A program made the position numbers and the translations under genes. DNA of 64,000 bases from Candidatus Poseidoniaceae archaeon (lineage in GTDB: Archaea; Thermoplasmatota; Poseidoniia; Poseidoniales; Poseidoniaceae): the NCBI GenBank assembly GCA_964228815.1, contig CAXRAL010000008.1, positions 3,132 through 67,131 of the forward strand, read 5' to 3'. The notes below the pieces were generated by a model. The model did no database searches, had not been told where the DNA came from, and saw nothing but the letters and a program-made list of their open reading frames with translations. Within the stretch, counting starts at the first letter, position 1. Each line of letters opens with the position of its first letter. Shown piece by piece: positions 54,848-63,756 of this stretch.

Positions 54848-57148
54848 ATGTTGCGCAAGGAGGCGCTTGAGTACCACGAGGCAGAGCCTCAAGGGAAAAT
54901 CAAGGTCGTGCCCACCAAACCACACGCCACGGCTCACGAACTGAGTCTGGCCTACTCCCCCGGTGTCGCCTACCCGTGCCTCGAAATCGAGGAGCGACCC
55001 GAAGACGCCTACCGCTACACCTCCAAGGGCAACCTGGTGGCGGTCATCTCCAACGGCACGGCCGTTCTTGGCCTCGGCAACATCGGTGCGCTTGCCAGCA
55101 AGCCGGTCATGGAAGGCAAGGGTTTGCTGCTGAAAACCTTCGCCGGCATCGACGTGTTCGACATCGAGGTCGACACCGAGGACCCCGAGGAATTCATCAA
55201 CACCGTCGTGAACATTTCCAAGACCTTTGGCGGCATCAACCTCGAAGACATCAAGGCGCCCGAATGCTTTGAAATTGAGCGTCGTATTTCAGAGGCCACC
55301 GACATTCCCGTCATGCACGACGACCAGCACGGCACGGCCATCATCTCCGCAGCCGCCCTGCTTAACGCTGCGGAACTTCAAGGCAAGGCGCTGGCCGACC
55401 TCAAGGTCGTCGTCATTGGCGCTGGAGCCTCAGCCATCGCCTGTGCCAACCACTACGTGGCCGTCGGCGTGTCGATGAGCAACATCACGCTGGTGGACAG
55501 CCAGGGCATCATCACGAAAGCCCGACTTGATGCCGGCGAACTCAACGAGTACAAGGCGCCCTTCGCCCAAGACCGTCCCGCCGGCGATTTGGCGGATGCG
55601 CTGAACGGTGCGGATGTGATGCTCGGCTTGTCCCGAGGCGGCCTCGTCAGCAAGGAGATGGTGGCCAGCATGGCCGACAAACCGATCATCTTCGCGTTGG
55701 CCAACCCGACACCAGAAATTCTCCCCGAAGAGGTGCTCGAGGTGCGCCAAGACGCCATCATCGCTACAGGGCGCTCGGACTATGCCAATCAGGTGAACAA
55801 TGTGCTTGGCTTCCCTTACATCTTCCGAGGTGCGCTCGATGTTCGCGCTCGGGACATCACGCAGAACATGAAGATGGCCGCCACCAAAGCGCTGGCTGCC
55901 CTCGCCAAGGAACCCGTTCCTGACTACATTTCAGCGGCCTACGACGGCGTTGTCATGCAGTACGGTCCCGAATACATCATCCCCAAACCGTTCGACCGCA
56001 GGGTGTTGATCTGGGAGGCCGCTGCAGTGGCGCAAGCTGCCGTTGACGAAGGCATCACCGGCGTATCAGCCGAAGAATTCGATATCAATCGATATCGGGA
56101 AGAGCTCGAGGCGCGACTGGGCGAGTCCTACTCCGTCATGCGTCAGATGATCAACCAGGTCAAAGGCAAGGGCAAGCGCATTGTCTTCCCTGAGGGCGAC
56201 AATGAAACGGTGCTTCGAGCAGCCGCTCAACTCGTTGAGCAACGCATCTGTTCACCTATTCTGCTTGGCCCCGTCGACCGCATTGACCGCATGGTGGAGG
56301 AGCTCGGTCTGAATTTCACGTACGAAGCCTACGACCCGCGTTACGATGAGCGGCGAAAAACCGACTATGCGAACGCCTTCTTTAGACGGCGACAACGCAA
56401 AGGCATCACCTGGCCGGACGCCGCTCGCCTGCTCAAGAGCCGGCCGTATTTCGCAGCACAGATGGTTCAGGCCGGTGACGCTGACGGGTTCGTCGGTGGT
56501 GTCAGTCGGAACTACGCCGACGTGCTCCGCCCGACGCTGGAACTCATCGGCAAGTCGGACGACGCTCACTGCGTGATTGGATGCTACATGATGAACGTCA
56601 AAGGGCGAACCATCTTCCTGGCTGATGCGACGGTCAACGTGTACCCCGACAGCCGAACGCTGGCCGAAATTGCCGTTCAAACCGCCAAGGTTGCACGACG
56701 ATTCGGCGTGGTCCCTCGGGTGGCGATGCTTTCGTTTTCCAACTTCGGCTCAACCCGTGCACAGCGTTCCGAGCGCATCGAAGAAGCGGTCATCATGGCA
56801 CGAACGCTCGACCCGACGCTGATGATCGACGGCCCCATGCAAAGCGATACGGCGCTCAACCCCTCGGTTCAGGAAGAATACCCGTTCATGAAACTCGTCG
56901 GACCGGCCAACGTGCTTATCCTCCCGAACCTCGCCTCGGCCAACATCGCCTACAAGTTGCTGGAGGAGCTCGGTGACGCAGAAATGACCGGACCCATCCT
57001 CGAGGGCATGGCGCATCCCGTTCAACTCGTGGCTCGTCAAGACGGCGTTCGCCACATCGTGAACATGGCCACGATTTGCACGGCCGATGCCATTCGCAAG
57101 GACAACTACTGGGAGACGCTGGTGGACGACGGTTCAACGTCGTCGTAA
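54848..57148 (+). CDS. maeB: NADP-dependent malic enzyme with a C-terminal phosphate-acetyltransferase-like domain (MaeB type)
   Basis: LEYHE...GKI.V.PTKP, LSLAYSPGVA, NGTAVLGLGNIG, VVIGAGASA, then a PTA-like roughly 330-aa C-terminal half. ATG 54848 is preferred over the ORF-track start at 54812. Confidence 0.9.
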   Translation: MLRKEALEYHEAEPQGKIKVVPTKPHATAHELSLAYSPGVAYPCLEIEERPEDAYRYTSKGNLVAVISNGTAVLGLGNIGALASKPVMEGKGLLLKTFAGIDVFDIEVDTEDPEEFINTVVNISKTFGGINLEDIKAPECFEIERRISEATDIPVMHDDQHGTAIISAAALLNAAELQGKALADLKVVVIGAGASAIACANHYVAVGVSMSNITLVDSQGIITKARLDAGELNEYKAPFAQDRPAGDLADALNGADVMLGLSRGGLVSKEMVASMADKPIIFALANPTPEILPEEVLEVRQDAIIATGRSDYANQVNNVLGFPYIFRGALDVRARDITQNMKMAATKALAALAKEPVPDYISAAYDGVVMQYGPEYIIPKPFDRRVLIWEAAAVAQAAVDEGITGVSAEEFDINRYREELEARLGESYSVMRQMINQVKGKGKRIVFPEGDNETVLRAAAQLVEQRICSPILLGPVDRIDRMVEELGLNFTYEAYDPRYDERRKTDYANAFFRRRQRKGITWPDAARLLKSRPYFAAQMVQAGDADGFVGGVSRNYADVLRPTLELIGKSDDAHCVIGCYMMNVKGRTIFLADATVNVYPDSRTLAEIAVQTAKVARRFGVVPRVAMLSFSNFGSTRAQRSERIEEAVIMARTLDPTLMIDGPMQSDTALNPSVQEEYPFMKLVGPANVLILPNLASANIAYKLLEELGDAEMTGPILEGMAHPVQLVARQDGVRHIVNMATICTADAIRKDNYWETLVDDGSTSS

Positions 57149-57975
57149 CGTAACACGGGCCGTCGTGGTCGCCAGATGGCACCGGTGAAGAACCCGGCAC
57201 AGAGCCCACCAAACAGCAGGTTGACCCAGCCTTCGGTGGCATAATCGCCCATGCCCCGAAGGACGGGAATGAGGAAGGACGGCACGATGCCCAGCACCGT
57301 GGTCCACATCGCTTCCGAGCGAACGTTTCGCCATATGTCGGTGTTGTTGGGCACCCGCTTGGGCGGAGTTTCCCGGACAGGGACGAGGGCCAACCGTGCG
57401 ACTACGCCAGGGAGGGGGCGGTCGCTGGGGACGCTGGCAACGGCGGTGATGGTGGCGTTGCGGGGATGAACGGCGATGGCCGCTGTTTGGGTGGCAGCCG
57501 GCCCCAGCACTTCGTTGGGTCTTGGGCGGCCGTCCATCATCGCACCGCGGTGATTGGACGCCGGGCCATCGGCTAGCCGTTCGGTGAGCCCGGCCTCAAG
57601 CGTCAACACGCCTTGGTTTCGGGCCGCCAACCACTCGGCGTGCGTCAGGGCGCGGATGTCCCAGGTTCCTGAGAGGTCGGCTACGGCGGCCTTGAAGTCG
57701 GCCTCCTCCATCAGGGTTTGAGCCAACTCCGACAGGTCGTAGGAGGTCAACGCTTCCATGGGGGTGCTGTTGCCGTCCTCGTCGTCCTCGCCCATGGCTT
57801 TGGCCACATCGTTCCTCGTCAGCGGGCGCTCCATGGTGTAGAAGACCGGTGTTTTGGCCTCGTAGCAGGGTCGCTGGCCGGCATAGACCCAGCCACCTTT
57901 CGTGGTCCCCATGATGGTGGTTGCCGCGTTGACCGGTTGGAAGACGAGGCCGCTGAGGGTGATGCTCACGTGCAT
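57106..57975 (-). CDS. Hypothetical protein with C-terminal TM helices
   Basis: 289-aa ORF lying 3 nt downstream of the GST-like gene. The C-terminal hydrophobic segments are MWTTVLGIVPSFLIPVL and WVNLLFGGLCAGFFTGAIW. The 3' end overlaps maeB by 43 nt (convergent). Confidence 0.45.
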   Translation of the reverse strand: MHVSITLSGLVFQPVNAATTIMGTTKGGWVYAGQRPCYEAKTPVFYTMERPLTRNDVAKAMGEDDEDGNSTPMEALTSYDLSELAQTLMEEADFKAAVADLSGTWDIRALTHAEWLAARNQGVLTLEAGLTERLADGPASNHRGAMMDGRPRPNEVLGPAATQTAAIAVHPRNATITAVASVPSDRPLPGVVARLALVPVRETPPKRVPNNTDIWRNVRSEAMWTTVLGIVPSFLIPVLRGMGDYATEGWVNLLFGGLCAGFFTGAIWRPRRPVLRYDDVEPSSTSVSQ

Positions 57976-57978
57976 CCC

Positions 57979-58671
57979 TCAGTTGAGTGTGGCTTCCATG
58001 CGGCGGTACCACGCCATGCCGTTGGCGTGGTCGGTCAATTGCTCAAACTGCGGGTACGGCGACACCGACCGCATGTAGCCGAACGCGGCGAAATCGACAA
58101 GGTCGGGCGTTGCACCGCCAAAGAACGGTTCGTCGCCGTGGGCGTCGGTGAACTCCGTCAACAGGTCATGCCAGAGTTTCTTGGGTGTTCGCCCGTCACG
58201 CTTGACGCGTTTTCGTGCGATGATACCCCACATGATCGGGAAGCCGGCCCATGCATAGAGGCGCTTTGAGATGAAACCGAATTTCTCAATTTTTGAGATT
58301 CGAGTGGTGGTCTTGAGGGCAGAACCGAGGCTTCCGTAAAGGATGGGAACGGTGGCCTTCGACAGATGGGCGTCCACCCAGGTCATCCACTCTTCTCGGC
58401 GAGCAGCATCACCTTGAGCAGCCATGACTCCGTTGTTGTACGTCTGGTCGATGAGCCGGAGCAGTGGCGTGGAATCAACGTGGTGTTGACCTTGTTCGTC
58501 AGTGAACACGGGAACCTTGCCCCAGTCGCCAGCAAAGGCCACGTCTTTCTTGATTTTCATGCCGTTCACGCCGACGTAGTTCACGTCGACATCGAGGTGT
58601 TCGAGCAGGCCGCGAACCTTCCAGCAAAACGGGCACGAGTAGAGCAAGTGCAGCGTAGGGGTTTGACCCAT
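57979..58671 (-). CDS. Glutaredoxin-2/GST-like protein (mPGES2-like, CPFC motif)
   Basis: LHLLYSCPFCWKVRGLL...KVPVF thioredoxin-fold N-terminal domain plus a helical GST-C-like domain. ATG 58671 is preferred over TTG 58701. Confidence 0.7.
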   Translation of the reverse strand: MGQTPTLHLLYSCPFCWKVRGLLEHLDVDVNYVGVNGMKIKKDVAFAGDWGKVPVFTDEQGQHHVDSTPLLRLIDQTYNNGVMAAQGDAARREEWMTWVDAHLSKATVPILYGSLGSALKTTTRISKIEKFGFISKRLYAWAGFPIMWGIIARKRVKRDGRTPKKLWHDLLTEFTDAHGDEPFFGGATPDLVDFAAFGYMRSVSPYPQFEQLTDHANGMAWYRRMEATLN

Positions 58672-58697
58672 GGTGGCTGGCTGAGGACCGTCCTTCT

Positions 58698-59033
58698 TCA
58701 AGCCTCGTCCTCATCATCCATGCCGGGTTTCCAGCCCGCTTTCCAAAAGTTGAGGTTGTCCAACCAGCCCAGCCATTCCCTATCGGTGCAGTTGAGCAAG
58801 CGAAACGCTCGACCTTCCAACCCCTCTCGGAGCGAGGGCGTCATGTCGCCACGGTCCATGGCTTCCTTCCATTCCACCTGCATGTGGCGAATCAACCGAC
58901 GAGCCTCCTCGGGCTGGTCGAAGTTCATCTCACACGCGTCCCTCAACTCGGCTAACCACGTGCGGGTGTCCTTGAGAATCGGGTCGTTGGTGTCGGTGGA
59001 CGGCGTTTTCTTGCGAAACGGCCACCAACCCAT
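58698..59033 (-). CDS. Hypothetical small Trp-rich protein (112 aa)
   Basis: Only the last 112 codons (MGWWPFRKK...WKAGWKPGMDDEDEA) of the 323-codon ORF avoid the antisense of rlmH. The stop overlaps the GST-like TTG. Confidence 0.4.
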   Translation of the reverse strand: MGWWPFRKKTPSTDTNDPILKDTRTWLAELRDACEMNFDQPEEARRLIRHMQVEWKEAMDRGDMTPSLREGLEGRAFRLLNCTDREWLGWLDNLNFWKAGWKPGMDDEDEA

Positions 59034-59111
59034 GCGGTCTCCTCGGTGGACTGGTTCATGGTCTTGTTCATTCTCCAACGGTTTGAAAGCCCGAGTTCCA
59101 ACCTCCCGTTC

Positions 59112-59546
59112 ATGGGCCGCTTGACCGTTCACACCCACGGCGCACCCAAAGAGAAGGCCATGAAGCGTCTCATCGACATGTACGGCGAGCGTATCCAAGG
59201 TCGCGGCGTGGGGCTTGAACATCACCCTGCCAAACTGAGTGGAGCTGATTACGTGGCTCGTCTCCTGGCGAAAAAGGGGACACTGGTGCTTCTGGATGAG
59301 GGTGGTATGCAGGAAGATTCCCTCGCCTTTGCGCAGCGTTTTGAAGCATGGCAACTGTCGTCGGACAACGTTCATTTGGCCGTGGGCCCGGCCGAGGGAT
59401 GGCCTGAGGATGCCAACCTGAAGCCCGTTCTCCGGCTTTCGCTGTCCGACATGACTTTCCCGCACGAATTGGCCGCCGTGATGCTGGTCGAGCAACTCTA
59501 CCGTGCAACCGAACTTCAGCGTGGCTCGGGGTATCACAAAGCATGA
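59112..59546 (+). CDS. rlmH: 23S rRNA (pseudouridine-N3)-methyltransferase RlmH (SPOUT)
   Basis: LVLLDEGG...DSLAFA, HLAVGPAEGW and LSLSDMTFPHELAAVMLVEQLYRA...GSGYHK align well with remembered E. coli RlmH. Confidence 0.85.
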   Translation: MGRLTVHTHGAPKEKAMKRLIDMYGERIQGRGVGLEHHPAKLSGADYVARLLAKKGTLVLLDEGGMQEDSLAFAQRFEAWQLSSDNVHLAVGPAEGWPEDANLKPVLRLSLSDMTFPHELAAVMLVEQLYRATELQRGSGYHKA

Positions 59547-59573
59547 TAGCAGGGCGATGCAGAGGTTTTGACG

Positions 59574-60347
59574 ATGAGCACGATGTTTCTGGACGAATCT
59601 TCGGGCAAAGCGCTCGTGTTGCTCGTCCTCGCCGTGGTCTCGGTTTCCCTCATCGCCGGGAGCCGGCACCAGCCCTTTCCTGAGATCTCAGGGCGCTTCG
59701 GCTGGGTGTTGATTTCGCTGACGGGCATGCTGGCGCTTGGCGAGACCGCCCCTCGCCCCATGTCGCTCACGCTCTTGCTCGTGGTCGTCCTTGGCTCGGG
59801 AAGTTATGGGGTGCTCGTCGGCGTCCATCACATGGTTCGTACTCGGCGGGATGTGTTCATCGCCCCGATGTCGGGGTTCGTGTTTTGCACGGGCGCTGGC
59901 GGCCTGATGGTGCTGACCTGGCCGGACTTGAACACCCTTGAACAGTGGGCGGGTTTCCTGATGCTGGTCGGGCTGGGCGGCGGTCAGACGTGGATGGTGT
60001 TTCGTGGCCTTTTGATCGGCCGGCTCCCATTGGCATGGAGCCAAGCCGGCATGGTCGCCCTCCAACGTCGTCAACTCCACGGCCCCCACGGTGCTATCGC
60101 TTGCTTTGAGCGAGGATGGGACGCCGATGAGGAGCACCTCAATCCCATGGCCTACGTGGCCCTTCATCGAATCCATGTGTTTCTCGAGGACGAGGAGGCA
60201 GCTGAGCGTTGGCTCGAAGCGTTTGAGGACGCCGGTGGAACGGACTCGGTGGCGCCCGAATGGATTTCAGCCATCCACGATGGTTTGGTCGCAATGGGTG
60301 CACCTTCTGACCAGTTTCCGCAAGAAGATAGCACGGAAGAAGCCTGA
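59574..60347 (+). CDS. Hypothetical membrane protein with a soluble acidic C-terminal domain
   Basis: About 5 TM segments followed by a roughly 90-aa soluble region. GAGG lies 8 nt before ATG 59574; the ORF opens at TTG 59568. Confidence 0.5.
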   Translation: MSTMFLDESSGKALVLLVLAVVSVSLIAGSRHQPFPEISGRFGWVLISLTGMLALGETAPRPMSLTLLLVVVLGSGSYGVLVGVHHMVRTRRDVFIAPMSGFVFCTGAGGLMVLTWPDLNTLEQWAGFLMLVGLGGGQTWMVFRGLLIGRLPLAWSQAGMVALQRRQLHGPHGAIACFERGWDADEEHLNPMAYVALHRIHVFLEDEEAAERWLEAFEDAGGTDSVAPEWISAIHDGLVAMGAPSDQFPQEDSTEEA

Positions 60348-60391
60348 AACTTCCGTTTTTCGGGGATTTGGGGTACAAAACAAACGAGGCC

Positions 60392-60397
60392 TTATAT
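60392..60397 (+). promoter_or_regulatory. TATA-box candidate (TTATAT)
   Basis: Centred about 26 nt upstream of ATG 60420, which would give a leaderless or near-leaderless transcript. Confidence 0.35.
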
Positions 60398-60419
60398 CCC
60401 TCGAGGTCGATGTAGTATC

Positions 60420-60707
60420 ATGAAACACCTTGAACGAGCACCAGATGATTGGCCCATGGGTAACATCCTGTGGTTTGCCGTTCTCATCTGGTTTTCCTCG
60501 AGTCTGCTGTCTCAATCGGCCTACATGGCCACCCACGGGCTGCCCTATGACGCCGTCTCCATGCTCAAATCGCTCGGTCCGGTGTACTACCTCGTCGTGC
60601 TCATGGAGATCACGCTGTGGGTGGGGCTTTTGATGATGGGCTGGGTGAAGCTCGCTCGGGCCCGACGAACGCCCCTCGCACCCGCAGGGGACCCGGTGGG
60701 GGCTTGA
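60420..60707 (+). CDS. Small membrane protein (95 aa, about 3 TM)
   Basis: ORF with hydrophobic segments (ILWFAVLIWFSSSLL and VYYLVVLMEITLWVGLLMMGWV). No family recognised. Confidence 0.45.
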   Translation: MKHLERAPDDWPMGNILWFAVLIWFSSSLLSQSAYMATHGLPYDAVSMLKSLGPVYYLVVLMEITLWVGLLMMGWVKLARARRTPLAPAGDPVGA

Positions 60708-60719
60708 ACCTCGGACATT

Positions 60720-60738
60720 CGTTTTTCGCTCAAAAACG
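60720..60738 (+). terminator. Hairpin CGTTTTT-CGCTC-AAAAACG with a T5 run, flanked by GGACATT direct repeats
   Basis: Read directly, 13 nt after the stop of the 60420-60707 gene. Oligo-T tracts are archaeal termination signals. Confidence 0.4.
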
Positions 60739-60796
60739 GACATTTCTCATGGCCACCCGCCGGTGACTAAAAGAAGCGTCAAGGCAAGGAGAAGCC

Positions 60797-61282
60797 GTGT
60801 CTACACCCGAGGACGAACCGTTCTATTCTGGGCTACCGATGGCTCTGGAGGAACTTTCCCCGGAGGCTGACCTCCCCTACCCGCTCCCCGACGGCGCCCG
60901 CGTGGTGACCATCGAGGAAGCGCGTGCCTCCCTTCCTGAGGCGCAAAACGTGCTGATGGTGCTGCAGGCGATGAGCGACGAGGCTCACGACCTCACCAAT
61001 GAGTTGGAGCTCCTGCTTGAAGGCTACAGCATGACTCACCCCCACGTGCTTGAGGTGGCCGAACACCTGGGCCGCTTGGTGAATCAATGGCAAGCCAGTG
61101 TGGCTCGCCTGGAAAGCATCGGCGCCCGTATTGTGTCGATGGACCCCGGTCGACTCGAATGGTACGGCGTGGTGGACCACACGATGGCGTTGTTTTCCTG
61201 GGCTGTGGGTGAAGCCGACATCGAGTGGTATTACCGGATGGAAGAGGGCTTCCCGTCCCGCAAACCCCTCATAGAGGCATGA
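60797..61282 (+). CDS. DUF2203-family protein
   Basis: The C-terminus (GARIVSMDPGRLEWYGVVDHTMALFSWAVGEADIEWYYRMEEGFPSRKPL) matches the remembered DUF2203 pattern (G..vkd...G..dF...v.LCW..GE..I..WH...GF..R.P). GTG start with GGAG upstream. Confidence 0.55.
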   Translation: MSTPEDEPFYSGLPMALEELSPEADLPYPLPDGARVVTIEEARASLPEAQNVLMVLQAMSDEAHDLTNELELLLEGYSMTHPHVLEVAEHLGRLVNQWQASVARLESIGARIVSMDPGRLEWYGVVDHTMALFSWAVGEADIEWYYRMEEGFPSRKPLIEA

Positions 61283-61305
61283 CGTGGCAAGGGTGAGGCG
61301 CACCC

Positions 61306-62001
61306 ATGGTCAAGATCAATCGCGTATACACCGGCGGCGGGGACGGCGGCGAATCTTCGCTTGTTGACGGTTCCCGGCGCAAAAAATCAGACGCTCGCTT
61401 CAATGTGGTCGGGGTTTGCGACGAAGTCAACAGTTGGTTGGGCATGGTGCTCGCTGAACTCGCTCGGCTTCCCGACCACGAAGACGGCGGCCAACGAACC
61501 AATGTTCATCGAGTCCAAACCGTGTTGACCGAGGCCTTGGTTCGTGTTCAAAACGAACTGTTTGATTTGGGTGCTGAACTGGCGTGCCCACCTGCCACCC
61601 TGCCCGAATACATGGTGCTGATCTCTCAAGCGCAAACCGACGTGCTGATGGAAGAAATGGATGCCTGGTTGGCAACACTGCCCGAGTTGACGAGTTTCAT
61701 CCTCCCGGCTGGCTCACCCCCGGTCGCCACCATGCACCTCGCTCGAACCGTTGTTCGTAGGCTTGAACGCTGCCTTGTTCACCTTGTTGACGAGGAGGGT
61801 GAAGGGGCCGTCCGTCCGCTTGTGCTGGTTTACGTCAACCGTCTCTCCGACTGGTTCTTTGTGATGGGGCGCTGGGTCAGCATGATGCTGAACGAAGAGG
61901 AAGCCCTTTGGGTGCCGTTGGGGAAGCGACCGGCCGAGAAGGGCGTTGCTCATCGCGTTGACCAAATGCGGGCCAATGACGGTGACTTCGATTCGCTGTG
62001 A
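61306..62001 (+). CDS. pduO: ATP:cob(I)alamin adenosyltransferase, PduO type
   Basis: N-terminal RVYTGGGDGGESSL...R..K.D.R, followed by the ELFDLGAEL and YVNRLSDWFFV motifs. Confidence 0.85.
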   Translation: MVKINRVYTGGGDGGESSLVDGSRRKKSDARFNVVGVCDEVNSWLGMVLAELARLPDHEDGGQRTNVHRVQTVLTEALVRVQNELFDLGAELACPPATLPEYMVLISQAQTDVLMEEMDAWLATLPELTSFILPAGSPPVATMHLARTVVRRLERCLVHLVDEEGEGAVRPLVLVYVNRLSDWFFVMGRWVSMMLNEEEALWVPLGKRPAEKGVAHRVDQMRANDGDFDSL

Positions 62002-62412
62002 TCACTGCGTTCCGTAGAGGTTCACGAACTGCTGTGCCAAACGCACGACGCTCCGTGTTTCATCGTGGGTGATCGTCTCCAATGCTTGGTCCCAGTCCAG
62101 CCAGAGGTAGCCGCGGTGTTCGTGGGAAAGCTCAACCTCCATCGTCTCGGTCTCTGCCACGTACCAGTAGACTTCCTTGCTCTTGCGCTTGCCTTTGTGT
62201 CGGAAGCTGTACTCGGTTCGTTCCTCAAACCCGCTGAGCACGGTGACATCGGCGATGCCGGTTTCCTCGGCCAATTCTCGAAGCATCGTGGCCGTGCGGT
62301 TGGTGTCGTTCTCTTCGACATGGCCTTTGGGAAGGTCCCAGTGGCCCTGCGGGTATTGCAGCAAAAGCACCGCCCCGTAGTTGACCAGCACCACGCCGCA
62401 CGAGGTCTCCAT
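62002..62412 (-). CDS. NUDIX hydrolase
   Basis: Nudix box GHWDLPKGHVEENDTNRTATMLRELAEETGI. Its stop abuts the pduO stop (convergent, 0-nt gap). Confidence 0.85.
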   Translation of the reverse strand: METSCGVVLVNYGAVLLLQYPQGHWDLPKGHVEENDTNRTATMLRELAEETGIADVTVLSGFEERTEYSFRHKGKRKSKEVYWYVAETETMEVELSHEHRGYLWLDWDQALETITHDETRSVVRLAQQFVNLYGTQ

Positions 62413-62437
62413 GTGTCGGCCTCACGGCTTCTCGTTC

Positions 62438-63487
62438 ATGGTCATAACGGGTGTTGGCCACCCAACCTTGATGGACATGGGGCGGCGCCTCCTCGCCATG
62501 GGCATCGTTCCACTGCGACGTGAAGAGGTGCCCCATTACACCCGTATCTTGGCCGATTCTGACATGGACGGGCTGTTTGGTGCGGCCGTGCTCAAGGCCT
62601 TTCGCCCCGATGCCACCGTGATGTTTTCTCACGCTGCCGCCCTGCGGGGTGGCTTGAACGACGGGGACATTGACCGCGACACGGTGCTGGTCGACCTCCC
62701 GTTTCATCCCGCTTGTGGTTGGTACGTCGACCACCACCTGACCAATCGTCCCGACGAACAGGAAGCCTCCACGTTCGCCGCTGACGGTGGAACACAACAC
62801 TGGGAAGCCACGCCGTCCGCCGCTCGTCTCGCTTACGAATTGCTGGTAGACATCACCGAAATGGACCACTTGACGCCGATGATGCCGGTGGTTGATGCCT
62901 TGGATTCCGGGGGCATTAGCAAGGAGGCCTTCCTCGAAGACGGCCCTCTGTTGCAACTCTCCCGAACGTGCACGTCCCGGGACCCGGCCTACATGGAGCA
63001 CCTGGTTGAGTTGCTGGCTGGTGGCGCTGATTTCGAGGCGCTGATGGCCGACCCTACGGTGAAGGAACGATGTCAGCAAGCCAAGGAGGAGCGAACCGCG
63101 GTTCAGCAACACGTGGAGGCGAACACGACGGTGGTCAATCGTCTGGCCGTTTGCCGAATGGACGAATCGGGGTTCCGTAGCAACGGCTACCTCGTTACCG
63201 CTTGGGCGGGTGACCGAGCTGATGCCTGTTGCATCGTTCACGGCTACGCAGACGGCGATCTCAATGCGCCTGACCGCCCGCCGCTCTCTGCGAGCTTCTA
63301 CGCCAATTCCTTCCTCCCAAACGGTCAGGGCCGCTACGATTTGTCGCGAATGGCCACGGCGCTCGACCCAACCGGTGGCGGCCACGCGAATGCGTGTGGT
63401 TGTCGAATTCAGCCCCCGGGTTTGGAGGCCAACATGGCGCACTGGCTTGACATGTGGGCCAAGCGAGACACGGTTCTGAAGATTTGA
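62438..63487 (+). CDS. DHH/DHHA1-family phosphoesterase
   Basis: Motif I ILADSDMDG, the DHH motif (WYVDHH), and DHHA1 GGGHANACG. The start is uncertain (ATG 62411, 62438, 62471, 62477 or 62498). Confidence 0.75.
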   Translation: MVITGVGHPTLMDMGRRLLAMGIVPLRREEVPHYTRILADSDMDGLFGAAVLKAFRPDATVMFSHAAALRGGLNDGDIDRDTVLVDLPFHPACGWYVDHHLTNRPDEQEASTFAADGGTQHWEATPSAARLAYELLVDITEMDHLTPMMPVVDALDSGGISKEAFLEDGPLLQLSRTCTSRDPAYMEHLVELLAGGADFEALMADPTVKERCQQAKEERTAVQQHVEANTTVVNRLAVCRMDESGFRSNGYLVTAWAGDRADACCIVHGYADGDLNAPDRPPLSASFYANSFLPNGQGRYDLSRMATALDPTGGGHANACGCRIQPPGLEANMAHWLDMWAKRDTVLKI

Positions 63488-63488
63488 T

Positions 63489-63725
63489 TCAGAATTTGCG
63501 GGTCATCGTGATGTTGGTGGAGTTTTCGATATCGATCTCCTCGTCCACCTCATCGACGGGCTCGGCGGCCTCAACAGGGGCTTCCTTGAGGCGCTTGACG
63601 GTGGCCTTGAGGACCTCGAATTCAATCTCAAGGTCTTCCAGAGCGTCCCGGGTTTCCTCGATGTGCTTCTCAACGCGAGCCAACACCTTGTTGACTTTCT
63701 TGAGGGTACGGTTCTGCCGTGCCAT
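63489..63725 (-). CDS. Small coiled-coil protein (78 aa)
   Basis: MARQNRTLKKVNKVLARVEKHIEETRDALEDLEIEFEVLKATVKRLKE followed by an acidic tail. The ORF is open to GTG 63764. Confidence 0.4.
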   Translation of the reverse strand: MARQNRTLKKVNKVLARVEKHIEETRDALEDLEIEFEVLKATVKRLKEAPVEAAEPVDEVDEEIDIENSTNITMTRKF

Positions 63726-63756
63726 GGTGGCCGGTTCCGCTGTCCTGTTTTGAAGG

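Noticed and set aside
59034-59669. Upstream 211 codons of the 323-codon minus ORF 58698-59669
   Set aside because: This part is antisense to the well-supported rlmH gene. Only the last 112 codons (from ATG 59033) fall in otherwise non-coding or compatible space.
62225-63442. 405-aa minus-strand ORF
   Set aside because: It is antisense to the DHH/DHHA1 phosphoesterase gene, which has the DHH and GGGH motifs. The translation is Arg/Gly/His-rich junk.
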